Part shown: piece by piece, positions 54,820-64,000 of the stretch
How positions within the stretch are numbered: the first letter of the stretch is position 1
Layout: the number at the start of each line of letters is the position of its first letter
NCBI GenBank assembly: GCA_965205535.1
Contig: CBDBHH010000005.1
Location: 2,317,773 to 2,381,772 of the forward strand
Origin: Alphaproteobacteria bacterium
Lineage (GTDB): Bacteria > Pseudomonadota > Alphaproteobacteria > UBA6615
DNA length: 64,000 nt
Direction: 5' to 3'
Notes under the pieces: model-generated
Databases searched by the model: none
Told to the model about the DNA's origin: nothing
Seen by the model: the letters and a program-made list of their open reading frames with translations, nothing else
Position numbers and translations under genes: made by a program

Positions 54820-56187
54820 TTACGCTGCGGCGCCGGTACTGGCGCCGGCGCCTGGCATGGGCACCTCGGTGCCCTGCTCGGTGTAGAGTTTGAGCTTGTT
54901 GCGCAGGGTGCGGATTGAGATGCCTAGTATGTTTGCCGCATGGGTGCGATTGCCCAACGTGTGGCTCAGCGTGTCGAGAATGAGCTCGCGTTCGACTTCG
55001 GCCACAGTACGGCCGACCAATGCCTCGGTCGTGGCATCGTCCAGGATTTCGCCGTCAGTCCCGAGCGCGGTTGTTGCCTGACCCATGGTCGCGCTTGTCA
55101 GCTGGACGGCCTCCGGTCCGATTTCGTCACCCGACGCCAGCAGGACGGCGCGATGCATGGCATTTTCGAGTTCGCGAACATTCCCGCGCCAGTGATGGCT
55201 TCGCAGCAGTGCCAGGGCGGTTTCGGATACCGGCAGCAAAGGTACGGCATTGGCCTCGGCGTACTTTTGGGCGAAATGGTCGGCCAACAGCGAGATATCC
55301 AGGGGGCGTTCGCGCAATGGCGGCAGCGTCAGGTTCATAACGTTCAAACGGAAGTACAGATCCTCGCGAAACTTGCCTTCGGCAGCTTCGGTCGCGAGAT
55401 CGCGGTTGGATGTTGCGATCAAGCGGATATCGACTTTGATCGGCTCGTTGTTTCCGACGCGTGAGATCTCGCGTTCCTGAATGGCCCGCAGGAGTTTGGC
55501 CTGCAATCGGATGTCCATCTCCGAGATTTCGTCCAGCAGCAGGGTGCCGCCGTCGGCCTCCTCGAAGCGGCCGATCCGCCGGGCCACCGCGCCGGTGAAG
55601 GCGCCTTTTTCATGGCCGAACAGTTCCGATTCCAGGAGATTCTCCGGGATCGCGGCACAATTGACCGATACGAAACTTGCCTTTGCGCGTTTCGACTTTC
55701 GATGAATATGGCGCGCCATCAATTCCTTGCCCGTCCCGGATTCGCCGAGGATCAGAATTGAAGCCTCCGATGGCGCGACCTTTTCGGCCAGCGTGATGAC
55801 ATCTGCGGTCACGGGATCGCGAAAGATGATTTCGCTATCTTCCTCGACCACGGCCTCCAGCACTGCGGCGATAAGCTCGGGGTCGGGGGGCAGGGGGATG
55901 TATTCTTTCGCGCCGGCCTTGATGGCCGCGACAGCGGCTTCGGCGTCGTTACGGAACCCGCAGGCAACGACCGGAACGCTGATACGTTCGCTCGCGAGGC
56001 TTGTCACCAGCCCGGCGATATCGAGATCAATATCGACCATCACCAGTTCGGCGCCATAGCCCGACCGAATGGTGTTCATGCCGGCTTCGACATCATCGAC
56101 CTGGGTGACTTTCGCCCCGCGGGCGATGGCGATCTTGCTCGCCATGGTGATGTGGCCTTCGAGGCTACCGATGATCAACAAACGCAT
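54820..56187 (-). CDS. flbD: sigma-54-dependent flagellar transcriptional regulator FlbD (receiver-AAA+-HTH)
   Basis: GESGTGKE Walker A, GAFTGA sigma-54 contact motif, and a C-terminal Fis HTH; RBS TGGAGA. Confidence 0.85.
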   Translation of the reverse strand: MRLLIIGSLEGHITMASKIAIARGAKVTQVDDVEAGMNTIRSGYGAELVMVDIDLDIAGLVTSLASERISVPVVACGFRNDAEAAVAAIKAGAKEYIPLPPDPELIAAVLEAVVEEDSEIIFRDPVTADVITLAEKVAPSEASILILGESGTGKELMARHIHRKSKRAKASFVSVNCAAIPENLLESELFGHEKGAFTGAVARRIGRFEEADGGTLLLDEISEMDIRLQAKLLRAIQEREISRVGNNEPIKVDIRLIATSNRDLATEAAEGKFREDLYFRLNVMNLTLPPLRERPLDISLLADHFAQKYAEANAVPLLPVSETALALLRSHHWRGNVRELENAMHRAVLLASGDEIGPEAVQLTSATMGQATTALGTDGEILDDATTEALVGRTVAEVERELILDTLSHTLGNRTHAANILGISIRTLRNKLKLYTEQGTEVPMPGAGASTGAAA

Positions 56188-56224
56188 GTGATTTCTCCAA
56201 TACGGACGGGATTTGTCCGGTGGT

Positions 56225-57100
56225 TCATCCGAAGTAGGAAATTCGTTTTGCCGGCGGCAGGATTGTGTTCAGCAGAACTTCCAGCCGGCGGGGGTGTTCC
56301 TGGCGGGCGACCGAGACGATCGCGAGCAGGTGGATTTCATTGAGCAGCGCTTCCTTGTCGGATTTGCGCTCCAGTTTCGCGGCGAGCGGTCCGAAGACCA
56401 TGCTGCCCAGAACCGCGCCATAGAAGGTGGTGAGCAAGGCAACAGCCATTGCCGGGCCGATCGCTGCCGGATCGTCGAGATTACCCAACATTTGCACCAG
56501 GCCGACCAACGTGCCGATCAGTCCCATCGCGGGTGCGACTTCCGCGGCGCGTCTGAGAATGTCCGCGCCCTTGTTGTGACGTTCGGCGATCGCATGCATC
56601 TCGGTCTGCATGACACGTTCGGTTTCGCCTGCCGGTGTGCCGTCGATCACGAGACCCAGGCCGCGTCCGAGAAACGGGTCTCCGCGGCCCTCGTCCAGAT
56701 AGTTCTGCAGCGACAAGACACCGTCCTTGCGGGCGCGTTCGGCAAGTTGGAGTGAACCCAATGCGGATTCGGCCGGGTCGCGTGAGATGTTGAAGATGCT
56801 CTTCGCGACCACGCGCTGGGAGCGCAGGATGTCCGTCAGATTGAAACTGATGCTGGTGACGGCGACCGTGCCGAGAAACACGATCAACACGACCGGCACA
56901 TCGATAAAGCCGCCGATCGAACCACTCATGAACATCGCCCCGACGATCAATGCGAGGCCACCCGATAATCCGGCGACCGTCGCGATGTCGATGCTGCGGC
57001 TCCGGCTTGGTTCGACCAGCGGTGTGTCGCCGTTCGAACCCTTCCGGTTGCGTTTTTGCGCGACCGAATTGGCCGTTGCGGGGGCGGTGGTTTCGCTCAT
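56225..57100 (-). CDS. motA: flagellar motor stator protein MotA
   Basis: MotA/TolQ/ExbB family with the ...APAMGLIGTLVGLVQM... plug/TM3-4 region. Confidence 0.8.
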   Translation of the reverse strand: MSETTAPATANSVAQKRNRKGSNGDTPLVEPSRSRSIDIATVAGLSGGLALIVGAMFMSGSIGGFIDVPVVLIVFLGTVAVTSISFNLTDILRSQRVVAKSIFNISRDPAESALGSLQLAERARKDGVLSLQNYLDEGRGDPFLGRGLGLVIDGTPAGETERVMQTEMHAIAERHNKGADILRRAAEVAPAMGLIGTLVGLVQMLGNLDDPAAIGPAMAVALLTTFYGAVLGSMVFGPLAAKLERKSDKEALLNEIHLLAIVSVARQEHPRRLEVLLNTILPPAKRISYFG

Positions 57101-57107
57101 TTTGCGT

Positions 57108-57510
57108 TCAGTCGGCCTTGATGATTTCCGTCATCGTCACGCCCAGGCGCTCATTGACGACAACGACCACGCCGGCGTACGACCAGGCGGTTGTTGACGT
57201 AGATATCGATGGCCTCGCCGACCTTTCGATCGAGTTCGACGACCGCGCCGCGCCCCAGTTTCAGAAGCTGACTGACCTGCATCTGGGAGGTGCCCAGAAC
57301 GGCGGCGATCTGAACCGGGATGTCGTAAACCGCACCGAGACCGGCGGCATTGAGCTCCGGATCTTCGCCGTCGGCAGGCAACACCTCCTGGCCCACGTCG
57401 AGCGCCTCGAGATCCTCGGCGTTGAGCATTGGCTCAGCGCTGACGGCCTCCGGTGGTGCTTCGGGTTCGGTGTCCAGATCGGATAGTTCGAGATTTTCAG
57501 TTTCATCCAT
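57108..57510 (-). CDS. fliN: flagellar motor switch protein FliN (apparent +1 frameshift at ~57170-57177; the annotated frame stops at 57151)
   Basis: The acidic N-terminus and SpoA-like region ...LLKLGRGAVVELDRKVGEAIDIYVNNRLVV, then the frame reads RRRGRCRQ* and stops. The other frame continues GVVVVVNERLGVTMTEIIKAD*, which matches the FliN C-terminus (stop at 57110-57108). An extra C in cgccggcg explains the break. Confidence 0.7.
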
Positions 57511-58249
57511 GCCCGCTCTCCTGTTTCGCGGTGTCGTTTTCGACGGTCGTGGGGGTCTGCGCGGCTGCGGCGATATGCGCGTCCGGCAGGTCGTTGGGTT
57601 GTGCCGTCAGGCCTTCGAGATCCTCGAGAGGCGATGCCGGCGTCGGTTGTGTTCTTGTGTCGTCAAGCGTGCTGACGGCGGTGGTGAGCTCGGCCCAAAG
57701 TCGGTCGAGTTTCCGTTCCGCACCGCCATCGGCCCAAAGCAGACTGCAATCGGTCTCGGCGAGCTCGTCGTCGCCCAGCAGCACGAGCGATCCCTCGAAG
57801 GCTCCGGCCATCCGCTCGAAACGGGTTTGCAGGTCTTCAACCTTGGCGTCGGCGACACGCACGACGAGGCGAGGTTCGTCCTGCATTTCGGTAATCGTAC
57901 GTACGATCCACCCTTCGATTTCGGTCATGGCATTTTGGGCCGAGAGTGTTGGCAGAATTTTTCGACAGATGGTCAGCGCGAGCTCTCCTGCCTGCGTGGC
58001 TGCATTGTCGATTTCGGATCTCCGTTGCGTGCAAAGGCTCTCCACAGCACCGGACAGCTGCGTGAGAAGCGTGAATATTTCCTGTTCGTCGGCGGCCTCT
58101 TGTTCCGCCTGCATGGCGGCGCGGCCCTCCGCAAAACTTTGCGCGCGTGCGGCCGCCAAATCCTCATCGGTGTGGATCGCGGCACGTTTGCGCGCCTCAT
58201 CGGGATGGGCGAAGTCGTTTTCGAAGAGAAATTTCTGTCCTGCGCCCAT
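57503..58249 (-). CDS. fliH: flagellar assembly protein FliH (FlbE-like)
   Basis: Position between fliG and fliN as in Caulobacter (flbE); a coiled-coil N-terminus and FliH-like C-terminal domain. Confidence 0.6.
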   Translation of the reverse strand: MGAGQKFLFENDFAHPDEARKRAAIHTDEDLAAARAQSFAEGRAAMQAEQEAADEQEIFTLLTQLSGAVESLCTQRRSEIDNAATQAGELALTICRKILPTLSAQNAMTEIEGWIVRTITEMQDEPRLVVRVADAKVEDLQTRFERMAGAFEGSLVLLGDDELAETDCSLLWADGGAERKLDRLWAELTTAVSTLDDTRTQPTPASPLEDLEGLTAQPNDLPDAHIAAAAQTPTTVENDTAKQESGHG

Positions 58250-58252
58250 GAT

Positions 58253-59275
58253 CTAGTACACCAGCTCATCTTCGTCTTTGGTGTCGGCGATCATGATCTC
58301 GCCCTTGTCGGCAAGCTCCTTTGCCGTGTTCACGATTTCGACCTGTGCATCGTCGACGTCGCGCAGTTTCACGGGGCCCATCCCCTCCATGTCCTCGCGC
58401 AGAATTTTGCCCGCGCGTTCGGACATGTTCGAGAAGAAGAGCTCGCGGATCTGTTCCGAAGAGCCCTTCATGGCCATGGCCAGTTTGTCTTTCTCGACTT
58501 CACGTAACAGGGTCTGAACGCCCGAGGCCTCCAGGTTCAACAGGTCCTCGAAGGTGAACATCAGCGCCTTGATTTTCTCTGCGGCGTCCTTGTTGCGGTC
58601 TTCGAGCGAAGTCAGGAACTGGGCCTCGGTCTGACGGTCGAGACCGTTGAATATTTCCGCCATCATTTCGTGGGAGTCCGTCCGCTGCGCGCGTGCGAGA
58701 TTCGACATGAATTCGGTGCGCAAGGTGCGCTCGACATCGTCCAGAATTTCCTTCTGAACCGATTCCATGTTGAGCATCCGCATCACCACTTCCATGGCGA
58801 AGGATTCCGGAAGCGTGGCCAGGACCTTGGCCGCGTGTTCCGAACGGATTTTGGACAGAATCACCGCGACCGTTTGCGGATATTCGTTCTTCAGGTAGTT
58901 GGCGAGCACCTGTTCGTTCACGTTGGCCAGCTTGTCCCACATGGTGCGACCGGCCGGCCCCCGGATCTCTTCCATGATGCCCTTGACCCGATCGTCAGGA
59001 AGCACCTTGGCGAGCAGCCGTTCGGTGCTGTCCATCGAACCGGTCAGCGAACCGGTTGCGGACATCTGGTCGACGAACTCGTGGAAAATCTTCTCGACGA
59101 TCTTGGAGTCGATGGTTCCAAGGTTGGCCATCGACTGGGAAACCTCGCGGATTTCCTCATCGTCCATCATGCCGAAGAGACGCGATGCGCCTTCTTCACC
59201 AACCGCAAGCATCATGATCGCTGCTTTTTCGGCACCGTTGATTGCACGGATGTCTTCGCGTAGCCGTCCCGCCAT
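58253..59275 (-). CDS. fliG: flagellar motor switch protein FliG
   Basis: 340 aa with FliG N/M/C domains and a conserved charged C-terminus (...[20 protein letters not shown]...). Confidence 0.9.
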   Translation of the reverse strand: MAGRLREDIRAINGAEKAAIMMLAVGEEGASRLFGMMDDEEIREVSQSMANLGTIDSKIVEKIFHEFVDQMSATGSLTGSMDSTERLLAKVLPDDRVKGIMEEIRGPAGRTMWDKLANVNEQVLANYLKNEYPQTVAVILSKIRSEHAAKVLATLPESFAMEVVMRMLNMESVQKEILDDVERTLRTEFMSNLARAQRTDSHEMMAEIFNGLDRQTEAQFLTSLEDRNKDAAEKIKALMFTFEDLLNLEASGVQTLLREVEKDKLAMAMKGSSEQIRELFFSNMSERAGKILREDMEGMGPVKLRDVDDAQVEIVNTAKELADKGEIMIADTKDEDELVY

Positions 59276-59286
59276 CTCAAATGCTC

Positions 59287-60984
59287 CTAGGCGTCCTGGT
59301 ACATCCAGCCGCGCATGATCGAAATCGTCTCGTCGGGATGCTTCTCGACGATCTGGTTGATCTGCGACAGCGAGGATTTCTTCACTTTGCCATCCACCTG
59401 GGCGATATCGATTTCGGGATCATCATCCTCATCGATTTCACGCGGCATGGGTTCGGCTTCGGCACTCATATCAAGCGCTTCGTAATCACCCGACGGCGGT
59501 GCCAGGCGCATTTGTTCGGCACCCGCAGGCAACATGGCCGCAGCTTCGCCTGCAGCATTTGCCGTTGCCGCGGCATCGAACGCGCGGGTCAGAAGCGGAC
59601 GCACGACGAGCAGCAGGACGAGCACCGAGACGATCCCGAGCACCAGCATTTCGGCCAGCCGGAAAAGGTCGTTCTTCTGGAAACCGAGCAAGCCGGCTTC
59701 CACCGCAACCTCGTCACCGATATCCGGGGCGACGAATTGCTGGTTGATCACCTGCACGACGTCGCCACGCTCTTCGTTGAAGCCGATTGCCGACTTCACC
59801 AATGCAACGTAGTTCTCGAGATCTTCGGCAGAACGCGGTGAATAGCTTCCCTCGGCGTCATAGGTGCCATCGACCAGGACCGCGACACTGATGCGTTTTA
59901 CCTGGCCGGATTCACGGACCAGCGTTGTGACTTTTCGCGAAATCTCGAAATTGACGGTTTCTTCCGCACGGCGGGAATTGTTGGTGTTGCGGTTGGCATC
60001 TCCGGCACCATCGACGCTCCCAGCGTTGGGCAGGTTATTGGTGATCGATACGGAATCATTGTTCTGCGCTTCGCTGTTGGCGTCTTCCTGTTCGACCGAT
60101 TGGGTCGAGCGCACGACCTGGCCGTCGGGATCATAGGATTCATCAGTCGTCGTGACCCGGTCGAAGTCGATTTCGGCCGAGATTTCGGCCCGAACACCAC
60201 CAAATCCGATCGTGCTTTCGAGGAGTTTCTCGATCGAACGGGCGAGGCGCGCTTCATACCGCTGACGCGCTTCCTCGCCGTTGGCGCCGGACAGGCCGTC
60301 ATCGCTTGATCCGCCGCCGCGTGCGTGCAGGCGTCCGGTATGGTCGACGACCGATATCTGATCCGTGGTCAGGCCGGGAACGGCGGATGCAACAAGGTTC
60401 TGGACAGCCAGGACCTGGCTCGCCTGGATCGACGAGCCGCGGAGTTTCAGGACCACAGACGCGGTCGGCTCCTGTTTGTCGCGGGTGAACAATTCACGGC
60501 GCGGCAGCACAAGATGCACTCTGGCGGTCTGAACCTGCGCGAGCGCACTGATGGTGCGCGCCAGTTCGCCTTCGAGTGCACGAACATGGTTAATGCGCTG
60601 GACAAAATTAGTCGTGCCGATGGCGTCGGTCTGGTCGAACAGTTCATAGCCGACCGAGCCGCCGTTTGGCAGACCATCTGCCGCCATCGTCAGGCGCAGG
60701 CGCCCGACGGAATCTGACGGTACGTATATTTGAGTGCCATTCCCGCGAACTTCGAAGGGAATGTTGCTGGATTCGAGCCGCTGGGAAATCGCACCGGCGT
60801 CCTCAACGGCGAGATCGCCGAACAGGAGCGACATATCGGTGCTTCCGAGGCGGGTGGACATGAACATGAAGAAGGCGACCAGGCCCACCGCGACGAAGCC
60901 CATGATCGCGAGCCGGGCAGGACCCAGCTGTTGCAGCATTTGTTGAAACCCGTTCACCCTGTCGACCGTCCCTGAGTAACCCAA
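59287..60984 (-). CDS. fliF: flagellar M-ring protein FliF
   Basis: 565 aa, N-terminal TM then a YscJ/FliF domain, a second TM near residue ~440, and a C-terminal FliG-binding tail. Confidence 0.9.
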   Translation of the reverse strand: MGYSGTVDRVNGFQQMLQQLGPARLAIMGFVAVGLVAFFMFMSTRLGSTDMSLLFGDLAVEDAGAISQRLESSNIPFEVRGNGTQIYVPSDSVGRLRLTMAADGLPNGGSVGYELFDQTDAIGTTNFVQRINHVRALEGELARTISALAQVQTARVHLVLPRRELFTRDKQEPTASVVLKLRGSSIQASQVLAVQNLVASAVPGLTTDQISVVDHTGRLHARGGGSSDDGLSGANGEEARQRYEARLARSIEKLLESTIGFGGVRAEISAEIDFDRVTTTDESYDPDGQVVRSTQSVEQEDANSEAQNNDSVSITNNLPNAGSVDGAGDANRNTNNSRRAEETVNFEISRKVTTLVRESGQVKRISVAVLVDGTYDAEGSYSPRSAEDLENYVALVKSAIGFNEERGDVVQVINQQFVAPDIGDEVAVEAGLLGFQKNDLFRLAEMLVLGIVSVLVLLLVVRPLLTRAFDAAATANAAGEAAAMLPAGAEQMRLAPPSGDYEALDMSAEAEPMPREIDEDDDPEIDIAQVDGKVKKSSLSQINQIVEKHPDETISIMRGWMYQDA

Positions 60985-61178
60985 AAAAATCTGCCCACCG
61001 GTTGCGGCGGGAACAGGGGCAATTTAGGGGTGCCGGATGAAGAAGCAGTTAACAGGCGGCAAGAATTGCCGCCTCACTGGGAAAAGTTTTCCCAGTGCGG
61101 AATCTCTGGCGTCACACCGTTCAGGCGTGATGGCAAGAAGGTCGTCACCGCGCCGGTCGCCCGTCGCGGTGGGTCGGC

Positions 61179-61466
61179 CTATCGATAGTCCTGAAGCCGA
61201 GTGACCCGCAGCGCGCGAACCCCGTGCTCGTCGATCAGACGTTGCCAGGAAAGGAACTCCTCGACGGTCAGACCGTATCGTTCGCAAGCCTGCTCAACCG
61301 TCAGGAGACCATCGCGCACGCCGTTCACGACAGCGGCTTTGCGACGAACGACCCAGCGCTTCGTATCGCGCGGGGGCAGTTCCTCCATATTGGTAAGTCG
61401 ACGTTTTGCGATCGTATCGATGGGTGACACTTCGGCGTCCTGCCGGGTGTAAAATTGACTGTCCAT
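61179..61466 (-). CDS. sciP: DUF1153 family HTH protein (SciP-like CtrA inhibitor homolog)
   Basis: RWVVRRKAAVVNGVRDGLLTVEQACERYGLTVEEFLSWQRLIDEHGVRALRVTRLQDYR matches the DUF1153/SciP pattern; ~95 aa; RBS GGAAGAGGTGG. Confidence 0.65.
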   Translation of the reverse strand: MDSQFYTRQDAEVSPIDTIAKRRLTNMEELPPRDTKRWVVRRKAAVVNGVRDGLLTVEQACERYGLTVEEFLSWQRLIDEHGVRALRVTRLQDYR

Positions 61467-61648
61467 TATGCAACCACCTCTTCCTGATTGTGGTCCGAGG
61501 AAGGTAGTGCTCCGTGGTTTAAGGAAAGGCTAAATGGCGGATTTTATATGGTTGGATTTTAGGTATCTGCCGTCGCCGAACGCGGCTACGGCCCCGATGC
61601 TCCCTGCCACGTTGGAAGCATCGGGGTCGCCGCTTCACCCGCGGGCGC

Positions 61649-62968
61649 CTACCGCTTGATTCGCACCAACTCTTCAAGCATCTGATCCGCCGTCGTGATG
61701 ATTCGACTTGAGGCGGAGTAGGCACGCTGGGTGATAATCATGTTGGTGAATTCCTCACCTAGATCGACAGTCGAGGCCTCGAGGCTCGCGGGTGAGATGT
61801 TGCCTGCCGAGGCCGTGCCGGCCGGGTTGAGGAACACGTTGCCGGCATTGACCGTATGTGACCAAGCGTTGCCGCTCTGGGCCTGCAATGCGTTCGGGTT
61901 TGCAAATGTTGCGACCGGCAGCTTGTAGATTGACCGGGTGCCACCATTGTCGAACAGGGCATTCACGCCACCATTCTCATCGACCTCGATCGACTGGAAG
62001 CGGCCAAAGGTGACGCCATTCTGGTTGATCGACGTGATCGAATAGTTCGATGCGAATTGGGTAATGCCGTCTGCCTGGTTGGCCGTGCCCAGGTCGAAAG
62101 TGATGCTGCTGGAAGCCGCAGCGGTCGTCCAATCGGCGGTCGGGATCGCCAGGGCGGTTGGCGTGTAGCTCGCCGGTGTACCGTCGCCGTTGAACACCAC
62201 GGTGTCCAGGGTCAGAGGCAAGGAGGCGAGGGTCGCACCCTGCAGGGATGCCGCACCATTGTCGGACCGGGTGATGCCGGTCGCGTTGACCTGCCATGTC
62301 GGCGGTGCGGCGACGGTCTTGGTCCACTCCAGCGCGACGTTGTGACCAACCCCGAGGGAGTCATAGACGAGAACCGTCAGGTTTTGGGTATCGCTGACCG
62401 CAGCTGTCGCCGGCAGGTTGAGCGCCAGGGTCACATTGGATGTCGGGGTTGCGGTGCCCGACAGGCTGGTAACCTGGATGGACTGAAGGTTGGTCAGGCT
62501 CGTCGGGTCGGGCACGCTGCCATCGTCGACGCCGTTCTGATCAACATCGTAGGATCCGTCGGGAAGGGTCGGCCAACCGAGCAGATACTGCCCGGTGTTG
62601 TTCACCAGATAGCCGTTTGCGTCGACCGAGAACTGCCCGGCGCGGGAGTAGAGATAGGTGCCCGCCGTGGGGGTGGAGTCCGAGTTGACGACAAAGAAGC
62701 CTTTGCCCGCGACGGCGAGATCGGTGGGATTCTGCGAGGCCTGCAGGAGGCCCTGGCGGTCAACCATCTGGAACGGATTGGATTGCACACCGCCAGGTGC
62801 GTAGCGGTTCAACGAAGAGGCGTTGGTGACCAGGGTCGAGAACCGGGCCTGGGTGTGCTTGTAACCAATCGTGTTCAGATTGGAGATGTTGTCGGAAATC
62901 ATGCCCATCGCCTGACTGTTGGCATTGAGGCCTGATACGCCCGAGAACATTGCGCCGTAGATACTCAT
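61649..62968 (-). CDS. flgE: flagellar hook protein FlgE
   Basis: N-terminus MSIYGAMFSGVSGLNANSQAMGMISDNISNLNTIGYK and C-terminus ITQRAYSASSRIITTADQMLEELVRIKR, the flagellar rod/hook family termini. Confidence 0.9.
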   Translation of the reverse strand: MSIYGAMFSGVSGLNANSQAMGMISDNISNLNTIGYKHTQARFSTLVTNASSLNRYAPGGVQSNPFQMVDRQGLLQASQNPTDLAVAGKGFFVVNSDSTPTAGTYLYSRAGQFSVDANGYLVNNTGQYLLGWPTLPDGSYDVDQNGVDDGSVPDPTSLTNLQSIQVTSLSGTATPTSNVTLALNLPATAAVSDTQNLTVLVYDSLGVGHNVALEWTKTVAAPPTWQVNATGITRSDNGAASLQGATLASLPLTLDTVVFNGDGTPASYTPTALAIPTADWTTAAASSSITFDLGTANQADGITQFASNYSITSINQNGVTFGRFQSIEVDENGGVNALFDNGGTRSIYKLPVATFANPNALQAQSGNAWSHTVNAGNVFLNPAGTASAGNISPASLEASTVDLGEEFTNMIITQRAYSASSRIITTADQMLEELVRIKR

Positions 62969-63016
62969 ATTCGGTTCTCCACTTGGGGTTGGAAAGCAGC
63001 TGAAACGGTGGCCGAA

Positions 63017-63694
63017 CTATTCGGCGGGAATTTCGTCGGGCGTTGCCGCCGCGAAAATTGATGTGAGAGGTATGTTGATCGGGCCGACCTGGACGAAGGT
63101 CTGTCCTGATTCCTGGGTTACGCCCGTGGCCGTGCCTTTGAGGAAGACCGAAACGGGGTCGAGCGGGACGTCGTCCTGATCCAGCGCACTGACGAGAATC
63201 GAGTAAATTCCGTCGGCCTGCAGGACACCCTGTTCGTTCAGACCGTTCCAGGATCCACTGTGATGTCCCGGGTCGGTCTCGGCCGGCAGGGTCTTGATGA
63301 TATTGCCGTCGGCATCGAAGACCGTGATCGACGTGGTGTGTGCGCCGACCGGCATGTCGTATGAAAATTCCGTGCTGCCGCCGTCGAGATAAACTGCGGA
63401 GCTTTGTGCCTCGATCTCGGTGCCCAGATAGGACAGTGCGGCCGTGGCCTCGGCCGACTGCTGGAGCGCGATGACCTGTTCCAGGTTGTCGTTCGCCTTT
63501 ATCTCCTGCTCGAGCTGGCTGAACATGACGAGCTGGTTGGTGAACTCTGTCGAATCCATCGGCGAGAGCGGGTCCTGGTTCTGAAGCTGGACGGTCAGCA
63601 TAGTCAGGAACTGGTCGAAATTCTCCGACAGCGATTTCTTGGCGACATCGGCGTCAGATGCGCTCGCGCCGGCGGTGAGTGCTGCGATATCCAT
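63017..63694 (-). CDS. flgD: flagellar hook assembly/capping protein FlgD
   Basis: FLTMLTVQLQNQDPLSPMDSTEFTNQLVMFSQLEQ is the FlgD N-terminal signature, followed by the C-terminal Ig-like/Tudor region. Confidence 0.85.
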   Translation of the reverse strand: MDIAALTAGASASDADVAKKSLSENFDQFLTMLTVQLQNQDPLSPMDSTEFTNQLVMFSQLEQEIKANDNLEQVIALQQSAEATAALSYLGTEIEAQSSAVYLDGGSTEFSYDMPVGAHTTSITVFDADGNIIKTLPAETDPGHHSGSWNGLNEQGVLQADGIYSILVSALDQDDVPLDPVSVFLKGTATGVTQESGQTFVQVGPINIPLTSIFAAATPDEIPAE

Positions 63695-63705
63695 CGGATT
63701 CCTTC

Positions 63706-64000
63706 CTAGACTTCCACATCCAGCAGGCCGTCATGGGTCCGCCGGTTGGAGGTTTCGACCTCGACCAGGTCACTGCCGTCTTCTTGCTGCGAGGGATCGG
63801 AACCGTTTGCTCCGTTCGATGTTTCCTGTTCGGAGTCCGCGGCGTTGTCGACCGTTGCACCCGGATCCCGGCGTTCAAAGGAGAGGCTGTCGGAGTTGGT
63901 CCGCAGTCCCGCTTCTTCAAGCGCGCGCTGCAGAGTTCGTGCATCGCGCTCCAGGATGTCGAGCGTCTCGGGCTTCTCAGCCGTCACGATCGCCTGCACG
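63706..64000 (-). CDS. fliK: flagellar hook-length control protein FliK, C-terminal fragment (N-terminus beyond the window end)
   Basis: ...LDILERDARTLQRALEEAGLRTNSDSLSF... resembles the FliK C-terminal (T3S4) domain; position upstream of flgD. Confidence 0.55.
   Translation of the reverse strand, partial: VQAIVTAEKPETLDILERDARTLQRALEEAGLRTNSDSLSFERRDPGATVDNAADSEQETSNGANGSDPSQQEDGSDLVEVETSNRRTHDGLLDVEV

Noticed and set aside
57350-58507. 385-aa plus-strand ORF across fliN, fliH and fliG.
   Set aside because: Antisense to three well-supported flagellar genes; Ser/Arg/Ala-rich shadow frame.
1-64000. CRISPR arrays, rRNA genes and complete tRNA genes.
   Set aside because: No regularly spaced direct repeats, no rRNA-like conserved stretches and no full cloverleaf-compatible tRNA were found on reading. 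There is only the tRNA 3' fragment at 6463-6520.

Overview
This is a GC-rich alphaproteobacterial chromosome segment, with CtrA, ChpT, SciP-like and FlbD genes and flagellar gene order consistent with Caulobacterales/Hyphomonadaceae, though this is inference. The window has four parts.

- **Accessory region (1-6520):** a reductive-dehalogenase-like (RdhA) gene running off the left edge, a solo Fis-type HTH gene, a complete IS3-family insertion sequence (OrfA/OrfB with an A6G frameshift site), and a low-GC two-gene module (hypothetical protein plus PIN-like protein) that ends at a tRNA-Leu-like 3' fragment. I read this as the scar of an integrated element.
- **Catabolic/detox stretch (6555-31088):** two haloalkane dehalogenases of different subfamilies (DhlA-like HLD-I, DhaA/LinB-like HLD-II), an ACMSD-family amidohydrolase with RidA, two amidases, an omega-transaminase, a chlorohydrolase-type amidohydrolase, a HIBADH-like dehydrogenase, ChaC, GloB, a quinone oxidoreductase, VOC and TauE genes that both look frameshifted, and a low-GC OafA-like acyltransferase insertion flanked by ~45-bp repeats copied from the gloB 3' end.
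- **Mo/W cofactor and formate-dehydrogenase neighbourhood (31096-46880):** a membrane-anchored ankyrin/Sel1 protein, moaA, tupABC, fdhD, mobA, fdsA, fused fdsGB, with FKBP and GNAT genes inside the fds locus.
- **Cell-cycle and flagellar block (46997-64000):** chpT and ctrA convergent, a CtrA box, and fliIJ, flhG, flhF, flhA, flbD, motA, fliN, fliH/flbE, fliG, fliF, sciP-like, flgE, flgD and partial fliK.

Four apparent single-site frameshifts (VOC, TauE, fliI in a (GC)5 repeat, fliN) suggest either several pseudogenes or assembly errors. No CRISPR arrays or rRNA genes were seen.
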